Below are positions 49,150-58,240 of a stretch of DNA of 64,000 nt, piece by piece (the stretch's first letter is position 1; each line of letters opens with the position of its first letter). The DNA is from Candidatus Scalinduaceae bacterium (lineage in GTDB: Bacteria > Planctomycetota > Brocadiia > Brocadiales > Scalinduaceae), in assembly GCA_046759445.1 (NCBI GenBank), contig JBHICG010000004.1, forward strand, positions 48,083-112,082. The letters run 5' to 3'. The notes under the pieces are model-generated. The model was given only the letters and a program-made list of their open reading frames with translations. It made no database searches and was not told the DNA's origin. Position numbers and translations under genes: made by a program.

Positions 49150-52100
49150 ATGATAAACAAAATAGGATATTATCTTCTTATATTAACAGCATATATTGTC
49201 TTAAGCTTGATATTTACCTGTCCTCTCGGTCTCCATATTTCAACCCACCTCCCATCGGTAGTTGATCCCAAAATATCTGGCCAAGGTGATATATGGAATT
49301 ATCTATGGATGTTCTGGCAGTTCAAAAAGAGTTTACTTATGGGTAAAGGTATACCATTTTATACAACGGATGTCTTTTATCCTCAGGGGATAGAACTTCC
49401 TACTGCCTATGTGTTAACTTATTATTCCATGATTTATATGCCATTAAAAGAGATGTTTAATCCCGTTGCTGCTTGGAATCTACTAATTTTGTCAGCATTT
49501 GTTTTCTCTGGATTTGGGATGTATCTTTTGTGTTATTACTTAACGGGCAGCAGAATCGCATCTTTTATCGGTGGGATAATCTTTGCCTTTAGCCCCTATC
49601 ATTTAGCACGTGCTGATGCTGCTCACATAACGCTTTTGTCATCTCAATGGGTACCTTTGTATACCTTATTCCTGTTACGCACAATACGAGAATCAAGTTG
49701 GAAAAATCCTTTACTGGCGGCTGCCTTCCTGTTTTTGTCATGTATATCTTCAATCTATTACACAGTAATGCTTTTTATGATAACAGGATTTTTGCTGACT
49801 TATTACTTAATTTATCAAAGAAATTTGTTATTCTCGGTTGTCTTCATTAAAAGGCTCCTACTGGTTATTTTCTGTGTCTTTCTAACTTTACTTGTCTTTG
49901 TTTTTCCTCTTTTTACGCTGAGACATTCTTTTGGATATGTCTATACACCACTCAATGACCCACACAGAATGGGGGTAGATTTATTATCATTTTTCTTGCC
50001 AAGTGTATTTCACCCTATTTTTGGAAAATATGTGGTACTCTTTAATAAATATTTTCCTAGAAATTTTGAAGAAGGGGTTGTTTATGTTGGTTATTGTGCC
50101 TTGGTACTATCTTTTTTTGCAATTTGGCATAGGACAAAAGACAGAGATATTCGATTATGGGCGTTTTTGGCTTTAATCTTTTTCTTGTTAACGATGGGTT
50201 CCTACTTTTCTATAGGAGGGATTAGTGAATTTCACTTGGGGGGTTATCATTTTAAGATACCCTTGCCGTATTTCCTTATGCAATATATCCCTATCATAAA
50301 AGGAATACGAGCTCCTATACGATTCGATCTATTCTTAATGCTTTCTATTGCTATTCTATCAAGTTTTGGATTCAGGTTTCTTATTCAAATGTTAAGGATA
50401 AACCGATTCCAGAAGGTTGTCTTAATAACATCTGTCATTTCTATTATCCTTTTGGAGTATAATACTTTACCCCTTCGCACGAAAAAGATTGAAATTCCCA
50501 CAATTTATAACATGCTGGCAGAAGAGAAAGGGGACTTTTCTATTTTAGAACTACCTTGCTATGGTGATAACCAACAGATATTTCAATATTACCAGACCAT
50601 ACATGGTAAAAAGTTACTATTTGGTCATACTGCAAGGATTCCAAGGCATTTATTATTTAAAAAGCAAGAGGATAGGATAATAAGGTCGCTTACATATCCA
50701 AATCTCATAGATAAACCTGAGGAGATCCTTCGATACAGCTATCTATTTGATAGCTTGATTCATTTTAACCATATCTATTATGTACTCATTCATAAGAAAT
50801 ATTTGTCACAAAGAGATTATGAAAAGATTAACAGGATTGTTCAAGAAGGAATGAGTGAAAGGAAGTTTTATGAGGATGAAGATGTAGTTGTTTATAAGAC
50901 GAGGGAGGTAAATGAGAATAGAATACTCAAATATAAAAGCAGGGGATGGTCGTGGCTTGAAGAAAATATAGTTGCGAAAATTGACTTTGGAAAGAATGAT
51001 GAATCCATAAAAATGGAGGGTTATAGCTTTGTCGAGCTGATGGGAGGTAACAAGACTAATTTCACATTTCGGTGGTCAGTTGGAGATAGTTCAATTGTGT
51101 ACGTACCGATTGAATATCCTGATTATTATATCTTATATCTTAATCTCAGGCCATTTACTTATAAGGGGGCTCCCCAACAGACGTTAAAGGTTTATATAAA
51201 TGGGAAGTTTAATTCTGAAATATACATACATCCGCCTGGTAAAAGGGTTTTTGATGATTATGCGGTAGAGACTGATTCAAGATTATGGAAGAAGGGAATA
51301 AACAAAATAGAATTCCGTTATGGTTATACGGCTAAACCTGTTGATGTTATAGATTCGAAAGATCATCGCCCCTTATCCGTGGCATTTACGTGGATGCATA
51401 TCAAGCACAGGTATTTAGACTATAACTGGTCTGACGGAAAGGAATCAGAACTGATTGTCAAATTCCCTGATCAACAAAAGGATTACACAATGTTTCTAGG
51501 GCTTGTGCCGTTTGATTTTTGGGATGGGGAAAAACAAAAGATAAAGGTATATATGAATGATAAATTTTTAAGAGAAATCGAGCTTTCAAATGGCTTTAGT
51601 GAATATCAAGTTAGAATACCTAATACCTATATAATACAAGGAAATAACAAAATTCGGTTTAGCTATGCTCGTCTTAATAACAGAAGATATATTAACAGAG
51701 TAGCGTTCTATTATATAAAATTTGATAATGATGGCGAAATGGTGGATAATGTTTATCGTCTTAATCCTTCGAATGATGAGTTTATCCATTTTATAAGTGG
51801 ATGGAGCCCTCTTAGGGACATAGATAGAAAATCGATTAGTTGGCAAACTAAAAACAGGGGAATTATTGTGATTCAAAATCCTGGTAAGGACGCTTTATTA
51901 AAATTTAAGGGTTATACTAGGTTAAAAAATAATAGAGACAGACAGAATATACACCTTTATATTGCTGATGTTAGGGTAGATACATTTGATTACAATGAAT
52001 TTAATAAGTGTTATTTTCTTCCACAATCTATTTTTAATGGAGCTAGAAGCATTTTAGCAACTTTTGTTCTGGAACATCCTGTGGATGCAAGTGGGTTACA

Positions 52101-53007
52101 GGGGTTATTTATCGAAGAAATAAACGTAATATCCGATAGTGATGAGATTGTATTAGGCAATGGCTGGTACCGTGAGGAAAAAGGTAGAGTTAGTAGAAAA
52201 TGGAGGTGGATAGGAAAAGGTGCTCAAAGTTATTTAAAAAAACATAAGGATGACGTAATGTTAAGAGTAGAAGGAAAAACAAATATTGAATATTTCAATA
52301 GACCGTTAAAAGTGGTTATATCTTTAGCTGATAAAGTAATAGATGAATTTATATTAACAAAGTACATTAGCAATTTTTCGAAAGCTTATATTTTAGATGA
52401 CGATCTTTCAAATGGTGATTGGCACGAATTAATAATTGAGACAGACCAGACCTTTATACCCGATGAGGTTTTACATAACGGTGATAAGCGAGAGTTGGCC
52501 TTGATGATTACGAATATTAACTTAGGTGATGTTAATAAAAACCGTAAGGATTTGATGATAGAAGAGGCGAAAAACGTCAAGCAAGAAAAAATTATATTTG
52601 GCATAGGTTGGTACCCTGAAGAAAAAAGTGAAGATGGCAAAAAATACAGGAGATGGATGTGGGAAAGAGCCGTGTGCTACATCAAAAACCTTAAAAGGAA
52701 TATGGTCGTTAATATCGAGGGGACGACAAGTGTTAGATTTTTCAAAAAACCTATAAAAGTAATTATATATTTGTCTGATAAAAAAATAGATGAATTTATT
52801 TTGCCGACTAAAGTCTTTTCAAAAGTAAAATCGAAGTTAACGGGAAGGCTTTTTTCAAAGACATATAATATAAATAATTCTCATGAGGATGGTGAATGGC
52901 ACGAATTAATAATTGAGACAGACCAGACCTTTATACCAGACGAGGTTTTACATAACGGTGATAAGCGAGAGTTAGCCTTGATGATTACGAATATTAGTGT
53001 CAAATAA
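49150..53007 (+). CDS. Very large YfhO-like GT-C glycosyltransferase with tandem extracellular beta-sandwich domains (start revised to ATG 49150)
   Basis: GD.W.YLW, FYPQG, FAFSPYH, DLLSFFLP, YVGY, IRAPIRF, YYQTIHGK; C-terminal repeats with GW..E....RW. Confidence 0.75.
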   Translation: MINKIGYYLLILTAYIVLSLIFTCPLGLHISTHLPSVVDPKISGQGDIWNYLWMFWQFKKSLLMGKGIPFYTTDVFYPQGIELPTAYVLTYYSMIYMPLKEMFNPVAAWNLLILSAFVFSGFGMYLLCYYLTGSRIASFIGGIIFAFSPYHLARADAAHITLLSSQWVPLYTLFLLRTIRESSWKNPLLAAAFLFLSCISSIYYTVMLFMITGFLLTYYLIYQRNLLFSVVFIKRLLLVIFCVFLTLLVFVFPLFTLRHSFGYVYTPLNDPHRMGVDLLSFFLPSVFHPIFGKYVVLFNKYFPRNFEEGVVYVGYCALVLSFFAIWHRTKDRDIRLWAFLALIFFLLTMGSYFSIGGISEFHLGGYHFKIPLPYFLMQYIPIIKGIRAPIRFDLFLMLSIAILSSFGFRFLIQMLRINRFQKVVLITSVISIILLEYNTLPLRTKKIEIPTIYNMLAEEKGDFSILELPCYGDNQQIFQYYQTIHGKKLLFGHTARIPRHLLFKKQEDRIIRSLTYPNLIDKPEEILRYSYLFDSLIHFNHIYYVLIHKKYLSQRDYEKINRIVQEGMSERKFYEDEDVVVYKTREVNENRILKYKSRGWSWLEENIVAKIDFGKNDESIKMEGYSFVELMGGNKTNFTFRWSVGDSSIVYVPIEYPDYYILYLNLRPFTYKGAPQQTLKVYINGKFNSEIYIHPPGKRVFDDYAVETDSRLWKKGINKIEFRYGYTAKPVDVIDSKDHRPLSVAFTWMHIKHRYLDYNWSDGKESELIVKFPDQQKDYTMFLGLVPFDFWDGEKQKIKVYMNDKFLREIELSNGFSEYQVRIPNTYIIQGNNKIRFSYARLNNRRYINRVAFYYIKFDNDGEMVDNVYRLNPSNDEFIHFISGWSPLRDIDRKSISWQTKNRGIIVIQNPGKDALLKFKGYTRLKNNRDRQNIHLYIADVRVDTFDYNEFNKCYFLPQSIFNGARSILATFVLEHPVDASGLQGLFIEEINVISDSDEIVLGNGWYREEKGRVSRKWRWIGKGAQSYLKKHKDDVMLRVEGKTNIEYFNRPLKVVISLADKVIDEFILTKYISNFSKAYILDDDLSNGDWHELIIETDQTFIPDEVLHNGDKRELALMITNINLGDVNKNRKDLMIEEAKNVKQEKIIFGIGWYPEEKSEDGKKYRRWMWERAVCYIKNLKRNMVVNIEGTTSVRFFKKPIKVIIYLSDKKIDEFILPTKVFSKVKSKLTGRLFSKTYNINNSHEDGEWHELIIETDQTFIPDEVLHNGDKRELALMITNISVK
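52420..52996 (+). repeat. 100-bp direct repeat inside the large GT-C gene (52420-52519 and 52897-52996)
   Basis: Both copies encode WHELIIETDQTFIPDEVLHNGDKRELALMITNI; 3 differences, all synonymous. Confidence 0.9.
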
Positions 53008-53947
53008 TTTTATGGAAACAGATCAAATAGATTATTCTATTACTATACCCGTTTACAACAGCGAAAGAAGCCTTCCAGAGCTAATTAAGCGCCTGGCACA
53101 AGTGATGGACAAAATTGGTCAACCATACGAGATTCTCCTCGTAAACGATGCCTCATTGGACAAATCCTGGCAAGTGATCAGACAGCTCAAAGAAAGGTAC
53201 CCTCAGATTAGGGCCTTCAATTTGATGAACAATGTTGGTCAGTTCAGGGCCCTGATGTGTGCCTTTGATTATGTGAGGGGGGAGTATGTGATTACGATGG
53301 ATGATGATCTGCAACAACCCCCTGAAGAGATTACCAAATTGATTAAGGTTATTAAGACTAGCCCTGATCTGGATTGTGTTTTTGGAATTCCACAAGAAAA
53401 GCACCACCACTATTATCGTAACTTAGGTACACTCTTAATCAGATATATTAACTATAAGGTTTTTGATAAACCAAAGGGGTTAAAAACCTCCAGTTTTCGC
53501 GTATTCAAGCGTTACATTAATGACACATTGGTTCAGTATAAAACCCGTAATCCCGTTCTTAACCCATTAATTATTAGAAGTACGAAATGTATTGCAAATG
53601 TTACTGTAGAACATTGTGAGCGTAAGTATGGGACTTCAGGTTATAGTTTATCACGTTTGATCAAGACTACATTTGATAACGTACTTAATTTTTCAACCCT
53701 ACCTCTAAAGTTTGTGAGTGGTTTAGGCCTCGTAGCCTCTCTGGGAAGTATACTTCTCACAGTGTTCTATGCAGTTCGTTATTTTCAAGGAGCTATAAAA
53801 GTACCTGGTTGGGTTACATTGGTCTTATTACTGACCTTTTTCTCTGGTTTGAATCTCTTTTCTATAGGTTTGGTTGGGGAATATCTGATCAGGATTATTA
53901 GGGAGGTTAACCATTCTCCACTATATGTAGTTAAAGACAAATTATAA
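52997..53947 (+). CDS. ArnC/GtrB-like GT2 undecaprenyl-phosphate glycosyltransferase (start may be ATG 53012)
   Basis: IPVYNSE, VNDASLD, NVGQ, TMDDDLQQPPEEI, SSFR, HCERKYG.SGY, two C-terminal TMs, GEYL.R. Confidence 0.88.
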   Translation: MSNNFMETDQIDYSITIPVYNSERSLPELIKRLAQVMDKIGQPYEILLVNDASLDKSWQVIRQLKERYPQIRAFNLMNNVGQFRALMCAFDYVRGEYVITMDDDLQQPPEEITKLIKVIKTSPDLDCVFGIPQEKHHHYYRNLGTLLIRYINYKVFDKPKGLKTSSFRVFKRYINDTLVQYKTRNPVLNPLIIRSTKCIANVTVEHCERKYGTSGYSLSRLIKTTFDNVLNFSTLPLKFVSGLGLVASLGSILLTVFYAVRYFQGAIKVPGWVTLVLLLTFFSGLNLFSIGLVGEYLIRIIREVNHSPLYVVKDKL

Positions 53948-54008
53948 CATAAGAAAGATAAGTACGGCATAAGAAACTGAAAAAATAATTGGAAGATTAG
54001 GCAGGAAA

Positions 54009-54866
54009 ATGGAAAGGTTCTTGTCAACAAAAAAAGACGGAAACTCGCTTTGCTCTGTATGCTCCCAAAACGGAGAGAGTATTGCCTCATTAAATATAAA
54101 AGAGTGGGAGACAAATTTTTTTAAAAGAAAATTTGGGATTCTCAATATTAACCATCATGTTTTAGTAAATATGAATATTGAGGAGATTCATTATACTTTA
54201 GATTCATTACTTTCATTTGCGGATAAAAATAGTTTCAGACTAGTAGAGTTACAACTGAATGCATATGGATTAGAATTTGTCCCTCTATTGGAAGATAAGG
54301 GCTTTCGCCTTGTTGATACAAGGACGACATTTATAACATTGATGAAAAGGTCGACTTTAAAAGCCAATTTGTGTGAGGTAGGGGATATTGGTTTTGCGTC
54401 AAGAGACGATCTTGAAGAAATATTAATCTTAACTCATAAATCATTTACTAATAATCATTTATTTTATTCTCGTTTCAAAAATAAGAAATATTTCACAAAA
54501 GAAGAAAGCGAGAGATACTATACTACCTGGATAGAAAATCATATAGAAGATAAAAAATCGTTTTTTTGTGTGCTAAAAAAGGATCAAAAGGTAATTGGCT
54601 ACTCCATTTTAAAAGATGCTGGTCATAAAAATGGGGAGAAATTATACAAGGCTATCTTGTCTACCGTTGATTCTAATTACAGAGGGCGTAATATCTACCT
54701 TCTTATTCAATCGTTCTTATGCAATAATCTTCAGGAAGATCAATTCTATTTGGACAACACGACTCAGCTTACTAATTTTGCAATGATTAGAAATCACATA
54801 AAAGCACAAAAAGGGTTGGATAGCATCTCACTCATTTTTTACCGAACTGAGATAGAGATTTCTTAA
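54009..54866 (+). CDS. WecD-like GNAT acetyltransferase (divergent)
   Basis: WETNFF..KFG, LEDKGF.LVD, SRF, YY..WIEN, VDSNYRGRN, TQLTN..MIR; pattern resembles TDP-fucosamine acetyltransferase. Confidence 0.6.
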   Translation: MERFLSTKKDGNSLCSVCSQNGESIASLNIKEWETNFFKRKFGILNINHHVLVNMNIEEIHYTLDSLLSFADKNSFRLVELQLNAYGLEFVPLLEDKGFRLVDTRTTFITLMKRSTLKANLCEVGDIGFASRDDLEEILILTHKSFTNNHLFYSRFKNKKYFTKEESERYYTTWIENHIEDKKSFFCVLKKDQKVIGYSILKDAGHKNGEKLYKAILSTVDSNYRGRNIYLLIQSFLCNNLQEDQFYLDNTTQLTNFAMIRNHIKAQKGLDSISLIFYRTEIEIS

Positions 54867-54969
54867 CCACAAACACATTATCTTTCATAAAGAATATTCA
54901 TATTTTTCTTTATCTCAAGAAGGACAAACCTTCTATCAATTGAAGTTGTATTAAAGGGGAATCGTACAA

Positions 54970-56274
54970 ATGACCAATTACCTGAGACTTTTGGCTACAT
55001 GGTACAGATTAAAAACCTTCCAATACCGTAAAATTGAAGATATCAAACGTTATCAGCTTAAGCGATTCAAAGAATTGTGCCAGCATGCTTACAAACATAT
55101 ACCTATATACCGTGAATTATATGATTCCTATGATTTTAACCCTTCATCTGTATATGTATATGATGATATTGAAAGAGTACCCGTTATTACCAAAGAAATT
55201 ATTCGCAGTTTTCCCCTAAAAAAGAAAGTTGATTCTCGAGTGACTGAAAGAGAAGTTCTCAAGGAACCAACCAGCGGTTCAACTGGAGAACCTCTGGAGG
55301 TATGGACCGGTAGAACAGAAAGTCTGATTCAGTCAATGAAGTGTATTCGTTTTCTTCGTGAATGGGGTTATTCGATATTTGATAATACAGTTCAGATATC
55401 TATTTTTGACAATACAGTACAGGATGAGAGAATCGTTTCTAAACCGAAGGTTTCATTAATTCAAAAACTTGGGTTATATAAGCGGAAATATATATCCGTT
55501 TTGTATAATTCAGACACTATAGTAGATAAATTATCCATAAACCGGAGTGACGTTCTTTATTCCTCCCGCTCTTCACTTGAAGTTCTTGCGGATGGCTTGG
55601 AAAAAAGAGGAGTAACAATAAATCCTCGTATTCTAGTAGCAGGAATGGAAATTGTTACGGAAGAACACAGACAATTATTTAAAAACATATTTGGGTGCGA
55701 TACTTTAGAAATTTATGGATGTATTGAAGTGGGTAATATAGCTTGGGAATGTCCTAATGTTAGTAGGTCCCATAATCTTCATATAGATATGGAAACGGCT
55801 GTTGTTAATTTTCATAAAATACAAACAAGGGAGGATGGCAGCAGGGTAGGGTCAATTATTGTTACAAATCTTGAAAATTATGTAATGCCTTTTATCAGAT
55901 ATGATCTTGGCGATCAGGTCTTGTTTCCTTCGAATAATGAATGTACATGTGGACGAACACTACAAGTTTTAGGCAAGGTTCTTGGTAGAAACGATGATGT
56001 TCTAGAGTATAAAGGAAGGAAATTTAATTGGCATTTTTTCTATAATTACTTCAAAGATTATTCGTATATTAAGAAGTATAAAGTTGTTCAGAATAAAAAC
56101 GGTGACATTGAATTCAGGGTTCAATTGTTAAACGATACGAAAGAATTTCGAAGACGTTGTTTATTAGATTTGAATTCAGCATTCGGTAAATATTTTTCTC
56201 TAGTGAAAGTCAAATTTTTTAAAGTCTTTTCTCTTACTTCAGGAGGAAAGTTTAAGGTTATTGAAAAAATGTAA
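54970..56274 (+). CDS. PaaK/CapK-like adenylate-forming enzyme
   Basis: TSGSTGEP, YGCIEVG.IAWEC, MPFIRYDLGD, CTCGR, GRNDD, SGGKF. Confidence 0.85.
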   Translation: MTNYLRLLATWYRLKTFQYRKIEDIKRYQLKRFKELCQHAYKHIPIYRELYDSYDFNPSSVYVYDDIERVPVITKEIIRSFPLKKKVDSRVTEREVLKEPTSGSTGEPLEVWTGRTESLIQSMKCIRFLREWGYSIFDNTVQISIFDNTVQDERIVSKPKVSLIQKLGLYKRKYISVLYNSDTIVDKLSINRSDVLYSSRSSLEVLADGLEKRGVTINPRILVAGMEIVTEEHRQLFKNIFGCDTLEIYGCIEVGNIAWECPNVSRSHNLHIDMETAVVNFHKIQTREDGSRVGSIIVTNLENYVMPFIRYDLGDQVLFPSNNECTCGRTLQVLGKVLGRNDDVLEYKGRKFNWHFFYNYFKDYSYIKKYKVVQNKNGDIEFRVQLLNDTKEFRRRCLLDLNSAFGKYFSLVKVKFFKVFSLTSGGKFKVIEKM

Positions 56275-56289
56275 GGAAAGGGTAAATTT

Positions 56290-56318
56290 TTGACTTATCA
56301 TTTTTATTTTGATAAGTT
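56290..56318 (+). promoter_or_regulatory. Possible sigma70 promoter overlapped by inverted repeat
   Basis: TTGACT-17 nt-TAAGTT with extended TG; ACTTATCA (56293-56300) / TGATAAGT (56310-56317) dyad. Confidence 0.45.
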
Positions 56319-56504
56319 TACGCTTTTTTAAAATTGATTTATGGTGATAAAAACTCAAAAACTTCCTAATAATTGGGCGTGGGATTTTAAATGAACCTGG
56401 GAAATTGTAACCGTTGAATTTTAGTTCTTGGGATAGTTATATAAAGGGTTTGAAAGTTTTTACAATTATTCATTAACTAATAACAAGCCATCTACGATAA
56501 GCTT

Positions 56505-57257
56505 ATGCGGCTAAAAAATAAAGTAGCTCTTATTACGGGAGGCACATCTGGAATTGGGCGAGCTACCGTTGAGTTATTCATCGCAGAAGGTGCCAAAGTA
56601 GCTTTTACTGGCAGACGGGTTGAGTTAGGAAAATCTATTGCGAAGGAGATCGGCGCCCTATTTATTGAAGTCGATCATAAACGACTAGAGGATTGTAAGC
56701 GTTCAGTACAAGAAACAATGAATGAATTCGGAAGGATTGATATATTGTTTAATAATGCTGGTGTTATAAAAGGGGGTTCAGCTGAAACCACTACGGAAGA
56801 AGATTGGAATGAAACTGTACTTATAAATGTTACGAGTGTTTGGCGCATGTCTAAACTCGTTATACCGATAATGCGTGAGCAAAAAGGAGGTGTAATTATA
56901 AACAATGCATCAGACTGGGGTCTTGTTGGGGGGAGAAATGCTGTTGCTTATTGCGCGTCCAAGGGTGCTGTTGTTTTATTAACAAAAGCTATGAGCTTGG
57001 ATTATGCCCGTGAGCATATTCGTATTAATGCAGTTTGTCCAGGCGATACTCATGTTGAACGTTGGAAAAAAAAGGAATATTTTCGCAACCGGGATGGAGT
57101 AGATAAGATGTTGGCGCAGTTGAGTGAATCTATACCTCTTGGCCGGGTAGGTAATGTCTCGGAGATTGCTCGTGCGGTCTTATTTCTTTCTTCCGATGAA
57201 TCCAGTTTTATGACCGGTGCAACACTAGTGGTTGACGGTGGAAATACTGCACAATGA
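56505..57257 (+). CDS. Classical short-chain dehydrogenase/reductase
   Basis: TGGTSGIG, DILFNNAG, YCASK, RINAVCPG, FMTG..LVVDGG. Confidence 0.92.
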   Translation: MRLKNKVALITGGTSGIGRATVELFIAEGAKVAFTGRRVELGKSIAKEIGALFIEVDHKRLEDCKRSVQETMNEFGRIDILFNNAGVIKGGSAETTTEEDWNETVLINVTSVWRMSKLVIPIMREQKGGVIINNASDWGLVGGRNAVAYCASKGAVVLLTKAMSLDYAREHIRINAVCPGDTHVERWKKKEYFRNRDGVDKMLAQLSESIPLGRVGNVSEIARAVLFLSSDESSFMTGATLVVDGGNTAQ

Positions 57258-57290
57258 TTGAGTAGATTCCAATAATATTATGTGGATTGA

Positions 57291-58229
57291 ATGAAATCAA
57301 AGATTACTATCTTAATTAAGCTAATTGTGTCTGTATTACTTCTTGTTTTTTTAATTAATCAAGCAGGGACACGTGAGCTTTTGACTGAACTTAAAAAGGC
57401 ATCTCCTTTCTTTTTCACTTTGATGGTTATTATTGGTCTCTTACGTCAGTTTGTCGGGGGTTGGAGATGGCGATATATACTTGGAAATGCTGGCAATATT
57501 GACGCATCTATTCTTACCACCACAAAGATATATTTTGTGTCAATCTTCATGAGTAACTTTCTCCCAGGGGCAAATACTGGAGACGTTATTCGTCCATTTT
57601 GTCTTAAAAATTTAGAAGCTGGGCGTCAAAAATTTGTTTTAGCTACCATTATCTATGAGCGCTTTTTGGGTCTGATTAGTATTATTTTGCTTGCAATTAT
57701 TGGAGCTATTTTCATGGCGTGGAGAGATAAAATTGTTTATCTCAACCTAATAGGTAGTGTAATTGCAATTATTGGGTTAATGGTTTTTCTTTATCGTTAT
57801 TTAAGTAATGTGAAAATCTTTCAAAGAGGTCTTTTAAAAAAGTTTATTGATGCTATTAATTACATATTTGATCAAATTGAGTATATGTTACGTCAGCGAA
57901 AGATGACTGTCATTGTGTTTATAATAAGCGTTTTTTATCAAATAATATTTATTGTTATGTATTGGCTTAATAGCATTGCCTTGCACGCTAACGTCTCCTT
58001 TTTTGTAATTTTTTTGGCCGTTCCATTGGGATGGCTTGCAACAATGATTCCAGTTTCTCTTAATGGTCTTGGTCTTCGCGAAGGATTAATGTGTTTTGTA
58101 TTAAAAGAGTTTGGTATTCCGATAGAAACCTCTTTAGCTATAGCGCTTCTTTTTTTGCCAGCCTTAGCATTTTATTCTTTTATTGGTGCATTTTTTTTTA
58201 TGACTATTCGTTTAAAAATCAGACATTAA
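57291..58229 (+). CDS. UPF0104 / lysylphosphatidylglycerol-synthase TM-domain protein (putative lipid-linked sugar flippase)
   Basis: KLIVS, RWR, NFLPG..GDVIR, ERFLG, IPVSLNGLGLRE. Confidence 0.82.
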   Translation: MKSKITILIKLIVSVLLLVFLINQAGTRELLTELKKASPFFFTLMVIIGLLRQFVGGWRWRYILGNAGNIDASILTTTKIYFVSIFMSNFLPGANTGDVIRPFCLKNLEAGRQKFVLATIIYERFLGLISIILLAIIGAIFMAWRDKIVYLNLIGSVIAIIGLMVFLYRYLSNVKIFQRGLLKKFIDAINYIFDQIEYMLRQRKMTVIVFIISVFYQIIFIVMYWLNSIALHANVSFFVIFLAVPLGWLATMIPVSLNGLGLREGLMCFVLKEFGIPIETSLAIALLFLPALAFYSFIGAFFFMTIRLKIRH

Positions 58230-58240
58230 GGGAATGTTTT

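Noticed and set aside
52420..52996. Diversity-generating retroelement TR/VR pair
   Set aside because: Both copies are inside one ORF, the differences are synonymous and not all at adenines, and no reverse transcriptase is in the window
56505..57257. DprE2 assignment for the classical SDR
   Set aside because: Looks like a generic FabG-like SDR, lies far from both UbiA genes, and no DprE1 partner is present
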